Assembly: GCA_030018495.1 (NCBI GenBank)
Contig: JASEFS010000001.1
Span: forward strand, 161,285-225,284
Reading direction: 5' to 3'
Origin: Deltaproteobacteria bacterium
GTDB taxonomy: Bacteria > Desulfobacterota > Desulfobaccia > Desulfobaccales > 0-14-0-80-60-11
Length of the DNA stretch: 64,000 nucleotides
This document shows positions 27,687 to 36,954 of this stretch, piece after piece. How positions within the stretch are numbered: position 1 is the stretch's first letter; each line of letters begins with the position of its first letter. The notes under the pieces are model-generated. The model saw only the letters and a program-made list of their open reading frames with translations, was not told the origin of the DNA and did not search any database. A program made the position numbers and the translations under genes.

Positions 27687-28472
27687 ATGACAAGAAGACG
27701 CAAAAAGAAGGACAAGCGCCGTTTTCGCGGGGTGTATCTCCTCCCTAACCTCATCACCACGGGGAGCCTGTTCGCGGGATTTTATGCGATTGTGGCGGCC
27801 ATCAACGGCAAGTTCCACGCGGCCGCGGTGGCCATCCTGATATCCCTGCTGCTGGACGGACTGGACGGCCGCGTGGCCCGCATTACCCGCAGCTCCTCGA
27901 ATTTCGGGGTGCAGTATGACTCCCTGGCCGACTTGGTGGCTTTCGGCGTGGCTCCGGCCATCCTGGTGTATTTGTGGGCCTTAAAGCCCTTCAAACAGTT
28001 CGGCTGGGTGGCGGCGTTTTTGTTTGTGGTCTGCGGCGCGCTCCGGCTGGCCCGCTTCAACGTTCAGACCGGCACCATCGACCCCCGCTATTTCAACGGC
28101 CTGCCCATACCCGCGGCGGCCACCATGATCGCCACCTCCATCATTTTTTATTATGAAATCGGCGAATGGGCCCCGGAAAAGTACCTCTATATCCTGGTAA
28201 TGATTTACCTGCTGTCTTTCCTGATGGTGAGCAATATCAAATACGTCAGCTTCAAGAAGGTGGAGCTCTTCAAGCGCCATCCTTTCCAGACCCTGGTGGC
28301 CCTGGTGCTGCTGTTCGTGGTGGTGGCCACCATTCCGGAAACCATGGGTTTCCTGCTGATGGGCGCCTACGTGGCCTCGGGTCCGGTCAGCACCGTTTGG
28401 TACCTCAGGCAGAAAAGGGCGGAGGAAAAGGCGGAGGAAGAGACCCCGGCCCCGAAGCCCAGCGAGCCGTGA
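27687..28472 (+). CDS. pssA: CDP-diacylglycerol--serine O-phosphatidyltransferase
   Basis: CDP-alcohol phosphatidyltransferase motif DGLDGRVAR...SLADLVAFGVAPA. ATG 27687. Confidence 0.9.
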   Translation: MTRRRKKKDKRRFRGVYLLPNLITTGSLFAGFYAIVAAINGKFHAAAVAILISLLLDGLDGRVARITRSSSNFGVQYDSLADLVAFGVAPAILVYLWALKPFKQFGWVAAFLFVVCGALRLARFNVQTGTIDPRYFNGLPIPAAATMIATSIIFYYEIGEWAPEKYLYILVMIYLLSFLMVSNIKYVSFKKVELFKRHPFQTLVALVLLFVVVATIPETMGFLLMGAYVASGPVSTVWYLRQKRAEEKAEEETPAPKPSEP

Positions 28473-28506
28473 AGCTGATATGTCCAAGTAGATAATTGAA
28501 ATATCC

Positions 28507-29361
28507 GTGAAGCTATCGGTTGCTGATAACAACTCAAAAAAACTCGGCCCCTTTCTCTGTGATGCTATTGAGAAATCACAAGATGTGAGGATTGCTGTTG
28601 CCTTTATATCCAATAAAGGTATAAATTTTATTAGAAAATCGCTTGAATATGAACTTTTAAATTTAGGAACAATTGAATTTCTTATTGGATTGGATATTAA
28701 TTCAACAGAACCTAAAGCCATACAAAGCCTATTTGACCTTCAAAAGATTAGTGAAAGTTTAGAATTGTACTGTTATGCTTCACTAGAACCAGCTTCAATA
28801 TATCATCCTAAAATGTATCTTTGCAGAAATAATGATGATATTATCGCTATATTAGGTTCATCGAATTTGACAGAGGGAGGGTTAGTTAATAATATTGAAA
28901 TTAATATAATCATTGAATCAAATGAAAAAGAAGAAATAATTTCTGATATTTATGATACCTACAATAAATTGAAATTTCACCCAAAAAGAGTAATTCCTGA
29001 TCAGGAGTTTCTTGATATATACTTTGATTTGTGGTTAATAGAAAAGAAAAGCGCAAAGATTAAATCAAAGGATAGAAGTTATCAAGAATTAAAAACGAGT
29101 TTTCAAAAGAAGGTTGAGTCATTACAACGTCCTAAACCATCATTGAGAGATTTAGTTGGCTGGCCTAAAATAGTATATGAGCGTTTACCTGAAAAAGACT
29201 TTTCAAATGAACAGATATATAAATTTGAGAAAGAATTCCAAGACATGTATCCGGAAAACAAAAATATCCGGGCAAAAATCAGACAGCAGCTACAAGTACT
29301 CAGAGATATGGGGTTGATCAGGCATCTGGGCAGGTCACACTGGAAAAAAGTGGGATATTAA
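28507..29361 (+). CDS. PLD/HKD-family nuclease-like protein with C-terminal winged-helix-like tail, on an AT-rich islet
   Basis: Single HKD-type motif IYHPKMYLCRNNDDIIAILGSSNLTEGG. C-terminal NIRAKIRQQLQVLRDMGLIRHLGRSHWKK resembles Mrr-N/DpnI-type wH tails. Composition far more AT-rich than the flanks. Confidence 0.7.
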   Translation: MKLSVADNNSKKLGPFLCDAIEKSQDVRIAVAFISNKGINFIRKSLEYELLNLGTIEFLIGLDINSTEPKAIQSLFDLQKISESLELYCYASLEPASIYHPKMYLCRNNDDIIAILGSSNLTEGGLVNNIEINIIIESNEKEEIISDIYDTYNKLKFHPKRVIPDQEFLDIYFDLWLIEKKSAKIKSKDRSYQELKTSFQKKVESLQRPKPSLRDLVGWPKIVYERLPEKDFSNEQIYKFEKEFQDMYPENKNIRAKIRQQLQVLRDMGLIRHLGRSHWKKVGY

Positions 29362-29602
29362 GTATTGCTTTTTTAAAATATCCCTATAAAATCTTAAACA
29401 TTATGACTTCTGACAATTCGAAGGTTATCCAGGCATTAATCCTATCCTTGGCTCTCTTCTTAGCCTGCGCTTAGGCGCGAGGCACTTTCTTCCCATTCCC
29501 TAATCAGCAAAAAAGTGGTACATAATATAAGTTTCGGCCGTGGCCTGTTTGCGGCCTATGCTGTGAATTTACCGGTCATTGGCAATGGCCGAAAATTTTT
29601 CA

Positions 29603-29633
29603 CCGAAAACTGAAAACCGAAAACTGAAAACCG
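29603..29633. repeat. Heptamer tandem repeat, CCGAAAA family (about 4.5 units)
   Basis: ccgaaaa ctgaaaa ccgaaaa ctgaaaa ccg, ending 20 nt before the leuA ATG. Confidence 0.85.
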
Positions 29634-29653
29634 TATTTTGAGGAGGTGGCGCC

Positions 29654-31207
29654 ATGCCCGACAAAGTCGTAATTTTTGACACCACATTGAGAGACGGAGA
29701 GCAAACCCCCGGCGCGAGCCTGAACGTGGACGAAAAACTGCAGATCGCCCGGCAGTTGGAGCTCCTTAACGTGGATGTCATCGAGGCCGGGTTCCCCTTC
29801 TCCTCCAAAGGCGATTTCGAGGCCGTCAAGGCCGTGGCCCGGGAGATCAGGGGCACCCAGGTGGCGGCCTTGTGCCGGGCCAACTTCAAGGACATCGACG
29901 CGGCCTGGGAGGCCGTCAAGGAGGCCACCGCGCCCCGCATCCACACCTTTATCTCCACCTCGGACATTCACCTGAAATATCAGCTCAAGAAGACCCGGGA
30001 AGAGGTGTTGGAGCAGGCCGTGGCCGCGGTGTCGCACGCCGCCAAATACTGCGCCAACGTGGAGTTTTCGGCCATGGACGCGGGCAGAAGCGACCTGGAC
30101 TACGTGGTCAAGGTCTTCACCGCGGTCATCGACGCCGGGGCCACCACGGTGAATTTTCCGGACACTGTGGGCTACACCATCCCGCATGAGTTCGGCGCCA
30201 AAATCAAGTACTTGGTGGAGAATATCCCCAATATCCACAAGGCGGTGATTTCGGTGCACTGCCACAACGACCTGGGGCTGGCGGTGGCCAACACGCTGGC
30301 GGCCATCGTCAACGGCGCCCGCCAAGCCGAGTGCACCATCAACGGCATCGGCGAGCGGGCCGGCAACGCCTCCCTGGAGGAAATCGTCATGGCCCTGGCC
30401 ACCCGCAAGGACCTGTTCGATTATTACACGGAGATCGTAACCCAGTACATTTATCCAGCCAGCCGCCTGGTGAGCAAGCTCACCGGGGTGCTGGTCCAGC
30501 CCAATAAGGCCATCGTGGGGGCCAACGCGTTCGCGCACGAGTCCGGCATCCATCAGGACGGGGTGCTCAAGGAGGCCAGCACCTATGAGATCATGACCCC
30601 CACCGCGGTGGGCATCAAGAAGAGCTCCCTGCCGCTGGGCAAGCTCTCGGGCCGCCACGCGTTCCAAAAGAAGCTCCAGGAAATGGGCTTTTACCTCAAT
30701 GAAGACGAGCTCAACCGGGTGTTCGTGCGCTTCAAGGACCTGGCGGACCGCAAAAAGACGGTGTTCGACGAGGACCTGACCAGCTTGGTGGAAACCGAGG
30801 TCATTTACAAGTCGGTGCCCGAGCATTTCAAGCTGCTGGAGCTGGTGGTGCTGAGCGGCAACACGGTGAAGCCCTCGGCCAACGTGAAGATGGAGATAGG
30901 GGGCGTGGTGCAGGGGCCGTATTCCACCTTCGGGGACGGACCCATCGACGCCACCTACCGGGCCATCACCCACTTGGCCGAATCCAAGTGCACACTCCTG
31001 AAGTTCGCGGTGAGCTCCATCACCGGCGGCACCGACGCCCTGGGCGAAGTCTCCGTGCGCCTGGAAGAGGACGGCCACGTGGTCACCGGCCAGGGCGTGG
31101 ACCCGGACGTGGTCACGGCCAGCGCCCGGGCCTTTGTCAACGGCTTGAACCGCCTGCACTTTTTGAAGGAAGGCGGTCCCCGCAAAGGGAAGCCTGAAGA
31201 GTTGTAG
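29654..31207 (+). CDS. leuA: 2-isopropylmalate synthase
   Basis: [18 protein letters not shown]...[16 protein letters not shown]...; C-terminal LeuA regulatory domain. Confidence 0.95.
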   Translation: MPDKVVIFDTTLRDGEQTPGASLNVDEKLQIARQLELLNVDVIEAGFPFSSKGDFEAVKAVAREIRGTQVAALCRANFKDIDAAWEAVKEATAPRIHTFISTSDIHLKYQLKKTREEVLEQAVAAVSHAAKYCANVEFSAMDAGRSDLDYVVKVFTAVIDAGATTVNFPDTVGYTIPHEFGAKIKYLVENIPNIHKAVISVHCHNDLGLAVANTLAAIVNGARQAECTINGIGERAGNASLEEIVMALATRKDLFDYYTEIVTQYIYPASRLVSKLTGVLVQPNKAIVGANAFAHESGIHQDGVLKEASTYEIMTPTAVGIKKSSLPLGKLSGRHAFQKKLQEMGFYLNEDELNRVFVRFKDLADRKKTVFDEDLTSLVETEVIYKSVPEHFKLLELVVLSGNTVKPSANVKMEIGGVVQGPYSTFGDGPIDATYRAITHLAESKCTLLKFAVSSITGGTDALGEVSVRLEEDGHVVTGQGVDPDVVTASARAFVNGLNRLHFLKEGGPRKGKPEEL

Positions 31208-31209
31208 AT

Positions 31210-31237
31210 TAGTGGTCAGTGGTCAGTGGTCAGTGGT
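31210..31237. repeat. Heptamer tandem repeat, CAGTGGT family (4 units)
   Basis: tagtggt cagtggt cagtggt cagtggt, starting 3 nt after the leuA stop. Confidence 0.85.
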
Positions 31238-31275
31238 TAGATATTCCGGGCAGAAAATCCGATGAACCCCAAATG

Positions 31276-31327
31276 TAGAACCGCCGCCCCCGGCGGTTAA
31301 AGCGCCGCCGAGGGGGCGGCGCTACAT
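31276..31327. repeat. Double GC-hairpin element, copy A
   Basis: tagaaccgccgcccccggcggttaaagcgccgccgagggggcggcgctacat is near-identical in layout to 62170-62223. Confidence 0.7.
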
Positions 31328-31374
31328 TAACTTTGCGGGATAACAGCCTGGCTGTTGGCCGTCCAGGAGAAAGC

Positions 31375-32643
31375 ATGTCAAAAGCGCAAACCATAACCCA
31401 AAAAATCCTGGCCGCGCATTGCGGCAAAGATTACGTGGAGCCTGGAGAGTTAATCCTGGCCAGGGTGGACATCGCCCTGGGAAACGACATCACCGCGCCT
31501 CTGGCCATCAAGGAGTTCCGGGAATCAGGCGCGAAGCAGGTGTTTGACAAAGAGCGGGTGGTGCTGGTGGCGGACCATTTCGCCCCCAACAAAGACATCC
31601 CTTCGGCCATCCAGTGCCAACTCTTACGGGAGTTCGCCCGGGAGCAGGACCTGACGCACTTCTACGAAGGCGGCGACATGGGTGTCGAGCACGCGCTTTT
31701 GCCGGAGAAGGGCATCGTCGGCCCCGGCGACCTCATCATCGGCGCGGACAGCCACACTTGCACCTACGGCGCGCTGGGGGCCTTTGCCACCGGCGTCGGC
31801 TCCACGGACTTGGCCGCGGCCATGATTTCCGGAGAATGCTGGTTCAAGGTGCCGGAAAGCATCCGGTTTGTTTATAACGGCCAATGTCCTCCCTGGGTCA
31901 CCGGCAAGGACCTGATTCTCCACACCATCGGCGACATCGGGGTGGACGGCGCCAGGTACATGGCCATGGAATTCACGGGCGAAGCCATCGGCCGGCTTGA
32001 CATGGCGGACCGCTTCTCCATGGCCAACATGGCGGTGGAGGCCGGGGCCAAAAACGGCATCATGGCTCCGGATGAAAAAACCCTGGCTTATGTCAAAAAC
32101 CGGGCGCTCCGGCCCTACCAAGTCTATACTTCGGACCCGGATGCCGCCTATGCTTTTGAAAAAGTCTATGACGTGAGCCGGTTGGAGCCCCAGGTGGCTT
32201 TGCCGCCATCCCCTGAAAATGTGATGCCCCTGTCCCATGTGGGGGAGGTGCGCATCGACCAGGCGGTCATCGGCTCCTGCACCAACGGGCGGCTGGAGGA
32301 TTTGCGCCTGGCCGCGCGGGTGCTCAAAGGCCGCAAGGCCGCCAAAGGTGTCCGCCTCATTGTCATCCCGGCCACGCCCCTGATCTACACCCAGGCCCTG
32401 GAGGAAGGCCTCATCAAGATCTTTATGGACGCGGGCGCGGTGGTCAGCCCGCCCACCTGCGGGCCCTGCCTGGGCGGCCACATGGGCATCCTGGCGCCGG
32501 GAGAGGTGGCCGTGGCCACCACCAACCGCAATTTCGTGGGGCGCATGGGCCACCCGCAGTCCTTCGTGTATCTGGCCAACCCCGCGGTGGCCGCCGCTTC
32601 CGCAGTGGCCGGCCGCATCGCCGGCCCTGAACAACTGGCGTAA
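31375..32643 (+). CDS. leuC: 3-isopropylmalate dehydratase large subunit
   Basis: Aconitase-family motifs [49 protein letters not shown] 31375. Confidence 0.9.
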   Translation: MSKAQTITQKILAAHCGKDYVEPGELILARVDIALGNDITAPLAIKEFRESGAKQVFDKERVVLVADHFAPNKDIPSAIQCQLLREFAREQDLTHFYEGGDMGVEHALLPEKGIVGPGDLIIGADSHTCTYGALGAFATGVGSTDLAAAMISGECWFKVPESIRFVYNGQCPPWVTGKDLILHTIGDIGVDGARYMAMEFTGEAIGRLDMADRFSMANMAVEAGAKNGIMAPDEKTLAYVKNRALRPYQVYTSDPDAAYAFEKVYDVSRLEPQVALPPSPENVMPLSHVGEVRIDQAVIGSCTNGRLEDLRLAARVLKGRKAAKGVRLIVIPATPLIYTQALEEGLIKIFMDAGAVVSPPTCGPCLGGHMGILAPGEVAVATTNRNFVGRMGHPQSFVYLANPAVAAASAVAGRIAGPEQLA

Positions 32644-32737
32644 GACGTAAAGGACAGACGTCCCCGGCGGTATTTGGCGAGGTCGCCTGCTCAATATAAG
32701 AAGAATTTTATTACCGGAGAATAAGCAACTCAGACAA

Positions 32738-32768
32738 ACCCCGGCGCCAGGCCGGGGTTTTGTTTTCC
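32738..32768 (+). terminator. Rho-independent terminator after leuC
   Basis: ccccggc-gcca-ggccgggg followed by TTTTGTTTT. Confidence 0.75.
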
Positions 32769-33101
32769 CAGCCAGGATTTGGGAGGCCGGGGGAAAGGCG
32801 CCGCGACCCTGCTTGACCAGGTCGCTTTGGGAATTTTGAAAGTTTACCGGAGACAATGACACTCCCCCCAAATCCGGCAAAAGTTCGTTCCTGGCGTCAC
32901 GGACCCGTCCGTCAGAGTCTTAAGATAGCGGCATCAATCTTGCAGCCTTTATAGGTCATCTAAAAGCCGCCGGTGCAAACCTCATCGCGGACAGGGTTTC
33001 AGCCAGGGTAGGAGATAACTCTTCATTGCTCTTGTGAAATAAACGTCCCCGCTCCCTCTGCCCGAATTGCCATCCTGCCGCACATAAAGCCGGGAGTATG
33101 T

Positions 33102-33353
33102 ATGGGACCAATCAGGTTGGCGATGTTGCTGGGCATGGCGGGGATGTTTTTCCTGATCGGGTGCGCCGAAACCTCTTCGGGGCGGGGGGTTAAATCCCGG
33201 ATATTTTCAGGAGCCCTGCTGGAGACCAAGACCTCGGAAGGTCGCGAAAGGCGCGTGCGAGTGACGGATTTGGAGCCGTGGCAGCGCTGGCACCGCAATC
33301 CCATCAAGGGCGACGGCGATAACCTTATTGTCAAGGCGGAACTGACTTTTTAA
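33102..33353 (+). CDS. Small putative lipoprotein (83 aa)
   Basis: Signal with lipobox FLIGC. 3' end overlaps the prmC stop region by 4 nt (convergent). Confidence 0.45.
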   Translation: MGPIRLAMLLGMAGMFFLIGCAETSSGRGVKSRIFSGALLETKTSEGRERRVRVTDLEPWQRWHRNPIKGDGDNLIVKAELTF

Positions 33354-34270
33354 GCCAGACGCCGCCGGGCCCGCACCACCCGGTTGATGCCCTGGTAATC
33401 CTTGACCGCTTCCACGTGGTCATACGCCGCCGACTTATCCAGCAAATCCAGGATAACCTCAGCTTGTCCCGGTCCCATCTCGAGAGCCAGCCAGCCTCCC
33501 GGTACAAGGTAGCGATGCGCCCCCTGAGCCATTGGCTTCAGGAGCGCCAGCCCGTCGATTCCCCCCACCAAAGCCTCTTTGGGCTCATAAAGCCGGACGT
33601 CGCGCGACAGAGTCTGCCACTCCGGTTCGGCCACATACGGCAGGTTGGCCACGATCAAGGCGAAGCGGGGTTCGGCCTTGAACCCGGCAAAGAGGTCGGT
33701 TTGCACAAAAGCGATACGGCCGGCCGCGTCGTGGCGCCAGGCGTTGAGCCGGGCCACCTTCAAAGCCGGACGGGAGAGGTCGGCGCCGATCCAATTAATG
33801 TGCGGCAATTCCCTTGCCAGGACCGTCACCACGGCCCCTGAGCCCACGCCGATTTCCAGGCCCCAAACGCGGTTTTTGGTTTCTGGTTTTCGGTTTTTGG
33901 CGGGAGACTCCTGGCCGGATTCTCTCATAACTTCCAGGACCGCCTCCACCAGCACTTCGGTCTCCGGCCGGGGGATGAGAACCGCTGGAGTAACCTTAAA
34001 GTCCAGGGACCAGAATTCCTTGTGCCCGGTTATGTAGGCCACCGGCTCGCCCGCAGCGCGGCGCTTTACCAGTTCCCTGAAGCGCGACAATTCCTCAGGG
34101 CTGAGAGGCTGATCATGCTTAAGATAAAGGTTGAGGCGGCTCAAACCTAAAGTATGGGCCAGCAGCACTTCGGCCGAGGCCCTTGGTTCGGACACGCCCT
34201 TGCCTTGGAAATAGCCCACCGTCCGCCGCAGAATCTCTCTTACCGTCAAGGGTTTGCCGGGATTGGACAT
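33350..34270 (-). CDS. prmC: Release-factor glutamine N5-methyltransferase PrmC/HemK
   Basis: SAM motif LEIGVGSGAV, downstream of prfA. Catalytic tetrapeptide reads NLPY rather than NPPY. Carries a repeat-derived insert. Confidence 0.85.
   Translation of the reverse strand: MSNPGKPLTVREILRRTVGYFQGKGVSEPRASAEVLLAHTLGLSRLNLYLKHDQPLSPEELSRFRELVKRRAAGEPVAYITGHKEFWSLDFKVTPAVLIPRPETEVLVEAVLEVMRESGQESPAKNRKPETKNRVWGLEIGVGSGAVVTVLARELPHINWIGADLSRPALKVARLNAWRHDAAGRIAFVQTDLFAGFKAEPRFALIVANLPYVAEPEWQTLSRDVRLYEPKEALVGGIDGLALLKPMAQGAHRYLVPGGWLALEMGPGQAEVILDLLDKSAAYDHVEAVKDYQGINRVVRARRRLA
33871..33900. repeat. Heptamer repeat, CCGAAAA family, inside the prmC coding sequence (inverted orientation)
   Basis: Minus strand ccaaaaa ccgaaaa ccagaaa ccaaaaa ccg is translated as AKNRKPETKNR just before the SAM-binding GxGxG. 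Confidence 0.75.
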
Positions 34271-34323
34271 AGATAGCTGTTCCGCCTCAAGTCAGACAAG
34301 CAGATAATAATCCATTAATTTTT

Positions 34324-34356
34324 AACCGAAAACCGAAAACCGAAAACCAAAAACCG
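34324..34356. repeat. Heptamer tandem repeat, CCGAAAA family (about 4.5 units)
   Basis: aaccgaa aaccgaa aaccgaa aaccaaa aaccg, between the prfA stop and the prmC start. Confidence 0.85.
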
Positions 34357-34359
34357 TTT

Positions 34360-35430
34360 TTAATGGGCCTGTTTGAGGGCTTCGGTGCGGTGGTGGGTGA
34401 TGAGCGCCTGGATGAATTCATCCAGGTCGCCCTCCAAAATCTCCGGCAGACGGTGGAGGGTGAGACCGATGCGGTGATCGGTGACCCGGCCTTGGGGGAA
34501 ATTGTAAGTGCGGATGCGTTCGCTGCGGTCGCCGCTCCCCACCTGGCTTTTGCGCTCCTGGGCGATCTCCCGCTGCTGCTCCTGCTGTTTGATGTCAAAA
34601 AGCCGGGCCCGCAGCACCTTCATGGCTTTGGCCTTGTTTTTGTGCTGGGATTTCTCGTCTTGGCAGGTGACCACCAGACCTGTGGGGATGTGGGTGATGC
34701 GCACCGCGGAATCCGTGGTGTTGACGTGCTGGCCGCCCGGCCCGGAGGAGCGGAACACGTCGATGCGCAGCTCTTCCGGGTTGATCTGCACTTCCACTTC
34801 TTCGGCTTCCGGAAGCACGGCAACGGTCACCGCGGAAGTGTGGATGCGGCCCTGGGATTCCGTTTCCGGCACCCTCTGGACCCGGTGCGTGCCGCTTTCG
34901 TACTTGAGCTGGCTGTAAACCCGGTCGCCGGAGACCGAAGCGATGATTTCCCTGAGCCCGCCCAAGCCGGTGGGTGAATGGGACATGACTTCCATTTTCC
35001 AGCCCCGGCGTTCGGCCAAGCGGGTGTACATGCGGAACAGGTCCGCGGCGAACAGGGCGGCTTCTTCGCCGCCGGTGCCGGCCCGGATTTCCAGGAGCAC
35101 GTCCTTCTCGTCGTTGGGGTCTTTGGGGAGCAGGAGGAAACGCAGCTTCTCTTCCACCTCATCCACCTGCTCCTTGAGGAACTGCACCTCTTCCCGGGCC
35201 AGGGCTTTGATGTCTTCGTCGGTGTCTTCTTTGAGGAGATTCTGGCTCTCGGCCAACTCTTTTTGAAGCTGCTTGTAGCGCCGGAAAGTCTGAATCAGGG
35301 GGGTCAATTCCGAGTGTTCTTTGCCGAACTTTTGATATTCCTCCTGATTGCGGATGACCTCCGGGTCGGCCAGGCGCTCCTCCAGCTGCTGGTATTGTCT
35401 TTCCAAGGATTCTAAACGATTTTCAAGCAT
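34360..35430 (-). CDS. prfA: Peptide chain release factor 1
   Basis: GGQ motif [22 protein letters not shown]1-type tripeptide context [17 protein letters not shown]. Confidence 0.95.
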   Translation of the reverse strand: MLENRLESLERQYQQLEERLADPEVIRNQEEYQKFGKEHSELTPLIQTFRRYKQLQKELAESQNLLKEDTDEDIKALAREEVQFLKEQVDEVEEKLRFLLLPKDPNDEKDVLLEIRAGTGGEEAALFAADLFRMYTRLAERRGWKMEVMSHSPTGLGGLREIIASVSGDRVYSQLKYESGTHRVQRVPETESQGRIHTSAVTVAVLPEAEEVEVQINPEELRIDVFRSSGPGGQHVNTTDSAVRITHIPTGLVVTCQDEKSQHKNKAKAMKVLRARLFDIKQQEQQREIAQERKSQVGSGDRSERIRTYNFPQGRVTDHRIGLTLHRLPEILEGDLDEFIQALITHHRTEALKQAH

Positions 35431-35773
35431 ATCCTGTCTTTGCCCAGACGATGGAGACGATGCAGGTTTTCGCTCGCGGTCTGGTGGTGAGAAGTTCTGT
35501 TATCTTATTAAATATAATAGATATTTTCCTAAATTGCAATGAAGCCGGTGAGCTCGTAGTGTAATGTATTAAAATTTCGCCAGAATCCACAAAACCTTGA
35601 GAGTGGCCCAGGGTATGGAAGCGAGGATTCCTGACCATCTTGGAGTTTAGGGAAATAGCATCTTATGTGCTTGATATTTTATGTTGAATCTAATTTTCTC
35701 TTATGGCAGGATTAAATCAAAAGACAGAAAAATTATCATCATGTTAATTTTCTCGCTTGATTTTCGGTAAAGG

Positions 35774-36064
35774 GTGATGATAATAGATATACAAGAAATT
35801 AAAAGCCGAATTAGGAAGATTGCGCAAAAAGGAGTACATGGGATAGCCCTAACGAAACATTGCAAAAAGCAAATGGAGGAACGGGAGGTAGATATAATCG
35901 ACATTCTCAATGTTCTCAATTGGGGAGAGGTGGTTCACGATCCTGGCGAGAATGCCGATATGAAATTTAAAATCATAGGGGAGGACTTGGAAGGAGAGCC
36001 TTTATGCGTAGTCATAATTCTCCTTGAACAGGACTCCTTGCTCGGAATAACAGTTCATGGATGA
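35774..36064 (+). CDS. DUF4258-like putative toxin
   Basis: 96 aa with LTKHCKKQMEEREVDIIDILNVL (H..R/K.ER..I pattern). AT-rich. 6 nt upstream of an MqsA-type gene. Confidence 0.6.
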   Translation: MMIIDIQEIKSRIRKIAQKGVHGIALTKHCKKQMEEREVDIIDILNVLNWGEVVHDPGENADMKFKIIGEDLEGEPLCVVIILLEQDSLLGITVHG

Positions 36065-36070
36065 AGCTAT

Positions 36071-36571
36071 ATGAAAGAAATGATTTGCCCGAATTGTCAA
36101 AGGAAGCAAAAGATTCAACCCGGGGAATATCACTATACTGAGTCAGGGTTGCCGAATGTTTGGCTTATAGGGGTCGAAATCTTTGAGTGTGAGTGCGGGG
36201 AGAGCTTTGCCTTTATCCCTTGCATACAAGAGCTTCATAAGCTGATTGCTCATGAGCTGATAACCCAGGAAAATAGCTTATCTGGCCTGGAAATTCGATT
36301 CTTAAGGAAAACCATGGGCCTGAAAGCTAAAGATTTTGCTGAATTGCTTGGTGTAAAAAATGTCTCAGTTTCTCGATGGGAACATGGTGAATTTTCTCCC
36401 CCTGAGCCAACAGACCGCTTTATTCGCCTTTTCTACGCAGCAAATATGGGTTTGTCAGAGATAGCTCAGGAGCTTGCTAAAAACATTTTTCGCAAGCCCA
36501 AAAGGAAACAGGCACAGATAATCCGTCTTCCGATTGACAGGTTGAGTCGGGAAACTTGTATGAATGTATGA
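36071..36571 (+). CDS. MqsA/YgiT-type antitoxin (zinc ribbon plus XRE HTH)
   Basis: CPNCQ...CECGE zinc ribbon, then LRKTMGLKAKDFAELLGVKNVSVSRWEHG HTH. Confidence 0.75.
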   Translation: MKEMICPNCQRKQKIQPGEYHYTESGLPNVWLIGVEIFECECGESFAFIPCIQELHKLIAHELITQENSLSGLEIRFLRKTMGLKAKDFAELLGVKNVSVSRWEHGEFSPPEPTDRFIRLFYAANMGLSEIAQELAKNIFRKPKRKQAQIIRLPIDRLSRETCMNV

Positions 36572-36954
36572 AAATTGGCAGTTCAAGTTTTTAAGGCGGC
36601 CTACTCACGGGCCGCTTTTTCTTGAATTACTGGAAGAGGAACAGAGCATTCTTAATGATCATTCATTTTTTGAAAAATTAGAAAAACTTACCCTTAAAAT
36701 TCCTCCAAACTACCGACGAGCTAAAAAGTTTCATAGCAGACCTTGGCCGGGGGATTCCTCCTGATTGACACGGGTCGATGCCGGTCTTATTTTATAATAA
36801 GTTTGCAATCCCTTTAACAGGAGAAAAAACCCAACCGGAAGGCTTGTACGGCTTAACTGATTGCCATCTCAAGGGGCGGCCCGGGTCGCCTCTTTCTTTT
36901 TCTCAGATGGACCAACGGCAATTATGGAAGGCAGTCCGGTGGGAGCATATAGCA

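Noticed and set aside
29403-29474. 23-codon ORF MTSDNSKVIQALILSLALFLACA upstream of leuA, considered as a Leu-codon leader peptide.
   Set aside because: The Leu codons are not consecutive. The following hairpin lacks a T-run and a competing helix. The peptide looks like a signal-peptide remnant, and it lies in the foreign AT-rich islet.
36564-36764. 66-aa ORF overlapping the 3' end of the MqsA-like gene.
   Set aside because: No SD and no recognisable family. It may be real but is unsupported, and is mentioned only in the islet finding.
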